Part shown: piece after piece, positions 54,101-64,000 of the stretch
How positions within the stretch are numbered: position 1 is the stretch's first letter
Layout of the letters: every line of letters starts with the position of its first letter
Origin: Paragordius varius
Taxonomy: Eukaryota; Animalia; Nematomorpha
Direction of reading: 5' to 3'
Assembly (NCBI GenBank): GCA_964247055.1
Contig: OZ176058.1
Location: 4,154,001-4,218,000 of the forward strand
DNA: 64,000 bases
The notes under the pieces: generated by a model
Told to the model about the DNA's origin: nothing
The model's input: only the letters and a program-made list of their open reading frames with translations
Databases searched by the model: none
Position numbers and translations under genes: made by a program

Positions 54101-55830
54101 TCCAACAATGAAACATATATTTTCAACAATCAAATAATTTTTCAAACAATCAAAATATGTTGCCCAATAGCTTTTTACTGTTTCCAACAATCAAACATAT
54201 ATTTTCAACAATCAAATAATTTTTCAAACAATCAAAATATGTTGCCCAATAGCTTTTTAGTATTTCCAACAATCAAACATATATTTTCAACAATCAAATA
54301 ATTTTTCCAACAATCAAAATATGTTGCCCAATAGCTTTTTAGTACTTCCAACAATCAAATAATTTTTCAAACAATCAAAATATGTTGCCCAATAGCTTTT
54401 TAGTACCTCCAACAATCAAATAATTTTTCCAACAATCAAAATATGTTTTCTTTTAACTTTTTAGTGTTTCCAACAATCAAACATATATTTTCAACAATCA
54501 AATAATTTTTTTAACAATCAAAATATGTTGCTTAATAGCTTTTTAGTCTTTCCAACAATCAAATAATTTTTCCAACAATCAAAATATGTTTTCTTTTAAC
54601 TTTTTAGTGTTTCCAACAATCAAACATATATTTCAACAATCAAATAAATTTTCCAACAATCAAAATATGTTGCCCAATAGCTTTTTAGTATTTCCAACAA
54701 TCAAACATATATTTTCAACAATCAAATAATTTTTCCAACAATCAAAATATGTTTTCTTTTAACTTTTTAGTGTTTCCAACAATCAAACATATATTTTCAA
54801 CAATCAAATAATTTTTACAACAATCAAAATATGTTGCCCAATAGCTTTTTAGTGTTTCCAACAATGAAACATATATTTTCAACAATCAAATAATTTTTCA
54901 AACAATCAAAATATGTTGCCCAATAGCTTTTTAGTGTTTCCAACAATCAAACATATATTTTCAACAATCAAATAATTTTTCAAACAATCAAAATATGTTC
55001 CCCAATAGCTTTTTAGTATTTCCAACAATCAAACATATATTTTCAACAATCAAATAATTTTTCCAACAATCAAATTATGTTGTCTTTTAACTTTTTAGTG
55101 TTTCCAACAATCAATCATATATTTTCAACAAAATAATTTCCACCAAAATATGATGCCCAATAGCTTTTTAGTGTTTCTAATTTCCAACAATCAAAATTTG
55201 ATTTCTTTTAACTTTTTAGTGTTTCCAACAATCAAACATATATTTTCAACAATCAAATAATTTTCCCAACAATCAAAATATGTTTTCTATTAACTTTTTA
55301 GTGTTTCCAACAATCAATCATATATTTTCAACAAAATAATTTCCAACAAAATATGATGCCCAATAGCTTTTTAGTGTTTCTAATTTCCAACAATCAAAAT
55401 TTGATTTCTTTTAACTTTTTAGTGTTTCCAACAATCAAAAATATATTTTCAACAATCAAATAATTTTCCCAATAATCTTATTATGTTGTCTTTTAACTTT
55501 TTAGTGTTTCCAACAATCAAACATATATTTTCAAGAATCAAATAATTTTTCCAACAATCAAAATATGTTCCCCAATAGCATTTTAGTATTTCCAACAATC
55601 AAACATATATTTTCAACAATCAAATAATTTTTCCAACAATCAAATTATGTTGTCTTTTAACTTTTTAGTGTTTCCAACAATCTATCATATATTTTAAACA
55701 ATCAAATAATTTTCCAACAATAAATATGTTGCCCAATAGTTTTTTACTGTTTCCAACAATTAAATAATTTTTTCAACAATCAAATTATGTTGTCTTTTAA
55801 CTTTTTAGTGTTTCCAACAATCAAACATAT
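27131..55830. repeat. Three tandem copies of a macro-repeat (~6.6 kb, ~10.9 kb, ~11.2 kb) with internal indels
   Basis: TATGGTG (GG) 27419/34050/44956; CATACATTTT 28601/35463/46392; TAATTTTAACAATCATAT 29871/37014/48315; AAAATAAGTT 30891/38179/49480; TTTAGGATTT 32439/39725/51331. The offset between copies 2 and 3 steps through 10906, 10929, 11301 and 11606. Identical spurious ORFs at 39493/51099 and 41041/52647 also give 11606. Confidence 0.92.
47060..48530. repeat. Local duplication, offset 796 bp, specific to macro-repeat copy 3
   Basis: TTTTATCTTTTTTTCC 47131/47927, CATATAACAATC 47321/48117, TAATTTTAAC 47519/48315. Confidence 0.88.
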
Positions 55831-57732
55831 TTCAACAATCAAATAATTTTTCCAACAATCAAATATGTTGCCCAATAGCTTTTTAGTATTTCCAACAATC
55901 AAACATATATTTTCAACAATCAAATAATTTTTCCAACAATCAAAATATGTTCTAATAACTTTTTAGTGTTTCCAACAATCAAACATATATTTTCAACAAT
56001 CAAATAATTTTTCAAACAATCAAAATATGTTGCCCAATAACTTTTTAGTGTTTCCAACAATCAATCATATATTTTCAACAATCAAATAATTTTCCAACAA
56101 TAAATATGTTGCCCAATAGTTTTTTACTGTTTCCAACAATTAAATAATTTTTTCAACAATCAAATTATGTTGTCTTTTAACTTTTTAGTGTTTCCAACAA
56201 TCAAACATATATTTTCAACAATCAAATAATTTTTCCAACAATCAAAATATGTTTTCTTTTAACTTTTTAGTGTTTCCAACAATGAAACATATATTTTCAA
56301 CAATCAAATAATTTTTCAAAATCAAAATATGTTGCCCAATAGCTTTTTAGTGTTTCCAACAATCAAACATATATTTTCAACAATCAAATAATTTTTCAAA
56401 CAATCAAAATATGTTGCCCAATAGCTTTTTAGTATTTCCAACAATCAAACATATATTTTCAACAATCAAATAATTTTTCCAACAATCAAACATATATTTT
56501 CAACAATCAAATAATTTTTCAAACAATCAAAATATGTTCCCCAATAGCTTTTTAGTATTTCCAACAATCAAACATATATTTTCAACAATCAAATAATTTT
56601 TCCAACAATCAAATTATGTTGTCTTTTAGCTTTTTAGTGTTTCCAACAATCAATCATATATTTTCAACAAAATAATTTCCACCAAAATATGATGCCCAAT
56701 AGCTTTTTAGTGTTTCTAATTTCCAACAATCAAAATTTGATTTCTTTTAACTTTTTAGTGTTTCCAACAATCAAACATATATTTTCAACAATCAAATAAT
56801 TTTCCCAACAATCAAAATATGTTTTCTATTAACTTTTTAGTGTTTCCAACAATCAATCATATATTTTCAACAAAATAATTTCCAACAAAATATGATGCCC
56901 AATAGCTTTTTAGTGTTTCTAATTTCCAACAATCAAAATTTGATTTCTTTTAACTTTTTAGTGTTTCCAACAATCAAAAATATATTTTCAACAATCAAAT
57001 AATTTTCCCAATAATCTTATTATGTTGTCTTTTAACTTTTTAGTGTTTCCAACAATCAAACATATATTTTCAAGAATCAAATAATTTTTCCAACAATCAA
57101 AATATGTTCCCCAATAGCATTTTAGTATTTCCAACAATCAAACATATATTTTCAACAATCAAATAATTTTTCCAACAATCAAATTATGTTGTCTTTTAAC
57201 TTTTTAGTGTTTCCAACAATCTATCATATATTTTAAACAATCAAATAATTTTCCAACAATAAATATGTTGCCCAATAGTTTTTTACTGTTTCCAACAATT
57301 AAATAATTTTTTCAACAATAAAATTATGTTGTCTTTTAACTTTTTAGTGTTTCCAACAATCAAACATATTTCAACAATCAAATAATTTTTCCAACAATCA
57401 AATATGTTGCCCAATAGCTTTTTAGTATTTCCAACAATCAAACATATATTTTCAACAATCAAATAATTTTTCCAACAATCAAAATATGTTCTAATAACTT
57501 TTTAGTGTTTCCAACAATCAAACATATATTTACAACAATCAAATAATTTTTCAAACAATCAAAATATGTTGCCCAATAACTTTTTAGTGTTTCCAACAAT
57601 CAATCATATATTTTCAACAATCAAATAATTTTCCAACAATAAATATGTTGCCCAATAGTTTTTTACTGTTTCCAACAATTAAATAATTTTTTCAACAATC
57701 AAATTATGTTGTCTTTTAACTTTTTAGTGTTT
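54940..57732. repeat. Local duplication, offset 1539 bp (~54940-56193 vs ~56479-57732)
   Basis: CACCAAAAT 55141/56680, TCTATCAT 55681/57220, CATATTTC 55826/57365, TCTAATAAC 55951/57490. Confidence 0.9.
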
Positions 57733-58079
57733 TCAACAATCAATCATATATTTTCAACAATCAAATAATTTCTCCAACAATCAAAATATGATGCCCAATA
57801 ACTTTTTAGTGTTTCCAACAATGAAACATATATTTTCAATAATCAAATAATTTTTCAAACAATCAAAATATGTTGCCCAATAGCTTTTTAGTGTTTCCAA
57901 CAATCAAACATATATTTTCAACAATCAAATAATTTTTCAAACAATCAAAATATGTTGCCCAATAGCTTTTTAGTATTTCCAACAATCAAACATATATTTT
58001 CAACAATCAAATAATTTTTCCAACAATCAAAATATGTTGCCCAATAGCTTTTTAGTACTTCCAACAATCAAATAATTTT

Positions 58080-60870
58080 TCCAACAATCAAACATATATT
58101 TTCAACAATCAAATAATTTTTTTAAAAATCAAAATATGTTGCCCAATAGCTTTTTAGTATTTCCAACAATCAAATAATTTTTCCAACAATCAAAATATGT
58201 TTTCTTTTAACTTTTTAGTGTTTCCAACAATCAAACATATATTTCAACAATCAAATAAATTTTCCAACAATCAAAATATGTTGCCCAATAGCTTTTTAGT
58301 ATTTCCAACAATCAAACATATATTTTCAACAATCAAATAATTTTTCCAACAATCGAATTATGTTGTCTTTTAACTTTTTAGTGTTTCCAACAGTCAATCA
58401 TATATTTTCAACAATCAAATAATTTTCCAACAATAAATATGTTGCCCAATAGTTTTTTACTGTTTCCAACAATTAAATAATTTTTTCAACAATCAAATTA
58501 TGTTGTCTTTTAACTTTTTAGTGTTTCCAACAATCAAACATATATTTTAAACAATCAAATAATTTTTCCAACAATCAAAATATGTTTTCTTTTAACTTTT
58601 TAGTGTTTACAACAATCAAACATATACTTTCAACAATCAAATAATTTTTACAACAATCAAAATATGTTGCCCAATAGCTTTTTAGTGTTTCCAACAATGA
58701 AACATATATTTTCAACAATCACATAATTTTTCAAACAATCAAAATATGTTGCCCAATAGCTTTTTAGTGTTTCCAACAATCAAACATATATTTTCAACAA
58801 TCAAATAATTTTTCAAACAATCAAAATATGTTCCCCAATAGCTTTTTAGTATTTCCAACAATCAAACATATATTTTCAACAATCAAATAATTTTTCCAAC
58901 AATCAAATTATGTTGTCTTTTAACTTTTTAGTGTTTCCAACAATCAATCATATATTTTCAACAAAATAATTTCCAACAAAATATGATGCCCAATAGCTTT
59001 TTAGTGTTTCTAATTTCCAACAATCAAAATTTGATTTCTTTTAACTTTTTAGTGTTTCCAACAATCAAACATATATTTTCAACAATCAAATAATTTTCCC
59101 AACAATCAAAATATGTTTTCTATTAACTTTTTAGTTTTTCCAACAATCAAACATATATTTTCAACAATCAAATAATTTCCAACAAAATATGATGCCCAAT
59201 AGCTTTTTAGTGTTTCTAATTTCCAACAATCAAAATTTGATTTCTTTTAACTTTTTAGTGTTTCCAACAATCAAACATATATTTTCAACAATCAAATAAT
59301 TTTTCCAACAATCAAAATATGTTTTCGTTTAACTTTTTAGTGTTTCCAACAATCAAACATATATTTTCAACAATCAAATAATTTTTACAACAATCAAAAT
59401 ATGTTGCCCAATAGCTTTTTAGTGTTTCCAACAATCAAACATATATTTTCAACAATCAAATAATTTTTCAAACAATCAAAATATGTTGCCCAATAGCTTT
59501 TTAGTATTTCCAACAATCAAATAATTTTTCCAACAATCAAAATATATTTTCTTTTAACTTTTTAGTGTTTCCAACAATCAAACATATATTTTCAACAATC
59601 AAATAATTTTTTTAAAAATCAAAATATGTTGCCCAATAGCTTTTTAGTATTTCCAACAATCAAATAATTTTTCCAACAATCAAAATATGTTTTCTTTTAA
59701 CTTTTTAGTGTTTCCAACAATCAAACATATATTTCAACAATCAAATAAATTTTCCAACAATCAAAATATGTTGCCCAATAGCTTTTTAGTATTTCCAACA
59801 ATCAAACATATATTTTCAACAATCAAATAATTTTTCCAACAATCGAATTATGTTGTCTTTTAACTTTTTAGTGTTTCCAACAATCAATCATATATTTTCA
59901 ACAATCAAATAATTTTCCAACAATAAATATGTTGCCCAACAGTTTTTTACTGTTTCCAACAATTAAATAATTTTTTCAACAATCAAATTATGTTGTCTTT
60001 TAACTTTTTAGTGTTTCCAACAATCAAACATATATTTTCAACAATCAAATAATTTTTCCAACAATCAAAATATGTTTTCTTCTAACTTTTTAGTGTTTCC
60101 AACAATCAAACATATATTTTCAACAATCAAATAATTTTTACAACAATCAAAATATGTTGCCCAATAGCTTTTTAGTGTTTCCAACAATGAAACAGATATT
60201 TTCAACAATCACATAATTTTTCAAACAATCAAAATATGTTGCCCAATAGCTTTTTAGTGTTTCCAACAATCAAACATATATTTTCAACAATCAAATAATT
60301 TTTCAAACAATCAAAATATGTTCCCCAATAGCTTTTTAGTATTTCCAACAATCAAACATATATTTTCAACAATCAAATTATTTTTCCAACAATCAAATTA
60401 TGTTGTCTTTTAACTTTTTAGTGTTTCCAACAATCAATCATATATTTTCAACAAAATAATTTCCAACAAAATATGATGCCCAATAGCTTTTTAGTGTTTC
60501 TAATTTCCAACAATCAAAATTTGATTTCTTTTAACTTTTTAGTGTTTCCAACAATCAAACATATATTTTCAACAATCAAATAATTTTTCCAACAATCAAA
60601 ATATGTTTTCTCTTAACTTTTTAGTCTTTCCAACAATCAAACATATATTTTCAACAATCAAATAATTTCCAACAAAATATGATGCCCAATAGCTTTTTAG
60701 TGTTTCTAATTTCCAACAATCAAAATTTGATTTCTTTTAACTTTTTAGTGTTTCCAACAATCAAACATATATTTTCAACAATCAAATAATTTTTCCAACA
60801 ATCAAAATATGTTTTCTTTTAACTTTTTAGTCTTTCCAACAATCAAACATATATTTTCAACAATCAAATA
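58080..60870. repeat. More diverged local duplication, offset 1490 bp
   Basis: AAAAATC 58124/59614, CGAATTA 58354/59844, and colinear monomer order 58921/60411. Several substitutions separate the copies (e.g. TCTATTAAC vs TCTCTTAAC). Confidence 0.82.
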
Positions 60871-63373
60871 ATTTTTTTAACAATCAAATAATTTTTTTAA
60901 CAATCAAAATATGTTGCCAAATAGCTTTTTAGTATTTCCAACAATCAAATAATTTTTCCAACAATCAAAATATGTTTTCTTTTAACTTTTTAGTGTTTCC
61001 AACAATCAAACATATATTTTCAACAATCAAATAATTTTTCCAACAATCAAAATATGTTGCCCAATAGCTTTTTAGTATTTCCAACAATCAAACATATATT
61101 TTCAACAATCAAATAATTTTTCCAACAATCAAAATATGTTTTCGTTTAACTTTTTAGTGTTTCCAACAATCAAACATATATTTTCAACAATCAAATAATT
61201 TTTACAACAATCAAAATATGTTGCCCAATAGCTTTTTAGTGTTTCCAACAATGAAACATATATTTTCAACAATCAAATAATTTTTCAAACAATCAAAATA
61301 TGTTGTCTTTTAACTTTTTAGTGTTTCCAACAATCAATCATATATTTTCAACAATCAAATAATTTCCAACAAAATATGATGCACAATAGCTTTTTAGTGT
61401 TTCTAATTTCCAACAATCAAAATTTGATTTCTTTTAACTTTTTAGTGTTTCCAACAATCAAACATATATTTTCAACAATCAAATAATTTTTCAAACAATC
61501 AAAATATGTTGCCCAATAGCTTTTTACTGTTTCCAACAATCAAACATATATTTTCAACAATCAAATAATTTTTCAAACAATCAAAATATGTTGCCCAATA
61601 GCTTTTTAGTATTTCCAACAATCAAACATATATTTTCAACAATCAAATAATTTTTCCAACAATCAAAATATGTTGCCCAATAGCTTTTTAGTACTTCCAA
61701 CAATCAAATAATTTTTCCAACAATCAAAATATGTTTTCTTTTAACTTTTTAGTGTTTCCAACAATCAAACATATATTTTCAACAATCAAATAATTTTTTT
61801 AACAATCAAAATATGTTGCCCAATAGCTTTTTAGTATTTCCAACAATCAAATAATTTTTCCAACAATCAAAATATGTTTTCTTTTAACTTTTTAGTGTTT
61901 CCAACAATCAAACATATATTTCAACAATCAAATAAATTATCCAACAATCAAAATATGTTGCCCAATAGCTTTTTAGTATTTCCAACAATCAAACATATAT
62001 TTTCAACAATCAAATAATTTTTACAACAATCAAAAAATGTTGCCCAATAGCTTTTTAGTGTTTCCAACAATGAAACATATATTTTCAACAATCAAATAAT
62101 TTTTCCAACAATCAAATTATGTTGTCTTTTAACTTTTTAGTGTTTCCAACAATCAATCATATATTTTCAACAAAATAATTTCCAACAAAATATGATGCCC
62201 AATAGCTTTTTAGTGTTTCTAATTTCCAACAATCAAAATTTGATTTCTTTTAACTTTTTAGTGTTTCCAACAATCAAACATATATTTTCAACAATCAAAT
62301 AATTTTTCAAACAATCAAAATATGTTGCCCAATAGCTTTTTACTGTTTCCAACAATCAAACATATATTTTCAACAATCAAATAATTTTTCAAACAATCAA
62401 AATATGTTGCCCAATAGCTTTTTAGTATTTCCAACAATCAAACATATATTTTCAACAATCAAATAATTTTTCCAACAATCAAAATATGTTGCCCAATAGC
62501 TTTTTAGTACTTCCAACAATCAAATAATTTTTCCAACAATCAAAATATGTTTTCTTTTAACTTTTTAGTGTTTCCAACAATCAAACATATATTTTCAACA
62601 ATCAAATAATTTTTTTTTAACAATCAAAATATGTTGCCCAATAGCTTTTTAGTATTTCCAACAATCAAATAATTTTTCCAACAATCAAAATATGTTTTCT
62701 TTTAACTTTTTAGTGTTTCCAACAATCAAACATATATTTCAACAATCAAATAAATTTTTCCAACAATCAAAATATGTTTTCTTTTAACTTTTTAGTGTTT
62801 CCAACAATCAAACATATATTTTCAACAATCAAATAATTTTTACAACAATCAAAAAATGTTGCCCAATAGCTTTTTAGTGTTTCCAACAATGAAACATATA
62901 TTTTCAACAATCAAATAATTTTTCAAACAATCAAAATATGTTGCCCAATAGCTTTTTAGTGTTTCCAACAATCAAACATATATTTTCAACAATCAAATAA
63001 TTTTTTAAACAATCAAAATATGTTCCCCAATAGCTTTTTAGTATTTCCAACAATCAAACATATATTTTCAACAATCAAATAATTTTTCCAACAATCAAAT
63101 TATGTTGTCTTTTAACTTTTTAGTGTTTCCAACAATTAATCATATATTTTCAACAAAATAATTTCCAACAAAATATGATGCCCAATAGCTTTTTAGTGTT
63201 TCTAATTTCCAACAATCAAAATTTGATTTCTTTTAACTTTTTAGTGTTTCCAACAATCAAACATATATTTTCAACAATCAAATAATTTCCAACAAAATAT
63301 GATGCCCAATAGCTTTTTAGTGTTTCTAATTTCCAACAATCAAAATTTGATTTCTTTTAACTTTTTAGTGTAT
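59513..63373. repeat. ~3.9 kb satellite block, copy 2 of the long-range near-identical pair (partner at ~1270-5130)
   Basis: Same diagnostic variants at a -58,243 offset. About 10 base differences were seen by eye over the block. Confidence 0.93.
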
Positions 63374-64000
63374 CCAACAATCAAACATATATTTTCAAGA
63401 ATCAAATAATTTTTCCAACAATCAAAATATGTTCCCCAATAGCTTTTTAGTATTTCCAACAATCAAACATATATTTTCAACAATCAAATAATTTTTCCAA
63501 CAATCAAATTATGTTGTCTTTTAACTTTTTAGTGTTTCCAACAATCAATCATATATTTTCAACAAAATAATTTCCAACAAAATATGATGCCCAATAGCTT
63601 TTTAGTGTTTCTAATTTCCAACAATCAAAATTTGATTTCTTTTAACTTTTTAGTGTTTCCAACAATCAAACATATATTTTCATCAATCAAATAATTTTCC
63701 CAACAATCTTATTATGTTGCCTTTTAACTTTTTAGTGTTTCCAACAATCAAACATATATTTTCAAGAATCAAATAATTTTTCCAACAATCAAAATATGTT
63801 CCCCAATAGCATTTTAGTATTTCCAACAATCAAACATATATTTTCAACAATCAAATAATTTTTCCAACAATCAAATTATGTTGTCTTTTAACTTTTTAGT
63901 GTTTCCAACAATCAATCATATATTTTAAACAATCAAATAATTTTCCAACAATAAATATGTTGCCCAATAGTTTTTTACTGTTTCCAACAATTAAATAATT

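Larger units (their letters stand above)
1..64000. repeat. Tandem satellite DNA array, 82-bp AT-rich monomer (A and B types plus 41/48/61/~102/~123-bp length variants), head-to-tail in one orientation
   Basis: AAATATGTT recurs at 1 and 83 (period 82), and the same monomer continues to position 64000 with no non-repeat sequence seen. The core CAACAATCAAA occurs three times per monomer. The reverse-complement core TTTGATTGTTG was not seen on the + strand, so there is no inversion. Confidence 0.99.

Noticed and set aside
1-64000. CRISPR-like repeat-spacer array
   Set aside because: The segments between conserved cores are themselves repeats with only a few states, not unique spacers. There is no leader or cas gene.
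1-64000. Low-complexity N/Q/I/F-rich repetitive protein gene
   Set aside because: Stop codons recur in all frames within a few monomers, and unit lengths (82, 61, 41) break the frame.
1-64000. Telomeric repeat or telomere-derived array
   Set aside because: No TTAGGG/TTTAGGG/TTAGG-type tandem units on either strand; the lone TTTAGG variants are point mutations.

Overview
The whole 64 kb window is one uninterrupted, single-orientation, AT-rich (about 21-24% GC, from the two consensus monomers) tandem satellite DNA array, most likely eukaryotic centromeric or pericentromeric heterochromatin. I cannot assign the family or organism. The basic monomer is 82 bp (AATATGTT-[GCCCAATAG or TTCTTTTAA]-CTTTTTAGT(A/G)TTTC-CAACAATCAAACATATATTTT-CAACAATCAAATAATTTTTC-CAACAATCAA), built from 21+20+21+20 bp subrepeats. 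Length variants of 41, 48, 61, about 102 and about 123 bp also occur. I estimate roughly 800-850 monomers from mean length; this is not a count. No real gene, RNA gene, transposon, CRISPR spacer or unique sequence is visible, and the seven short ORFs are translations of the repeat. The structure lies in the variant pattern: (i) a two-state 9-bp A/B box; (ii) a derived 48-bp plus palindrome-bearing monomer cassette; (iii) a nested hierarchy of duplications with offsets of 164, 328, 525, 652, 796, 1490, 1539, about 1.9 kb, 2.6-3.4 kb, 3671 bp and 6.6-11.6 kb; and (iv) a ~3.9 kb block repeated almost exactly 58,243 bp away. Offsets were read by eye from rare diagnostic variants, and block boundaries are approximate (about +/-50 bp). 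I found no evidence for a new protein-based system; the interest here is in satellite architecture and evolution.
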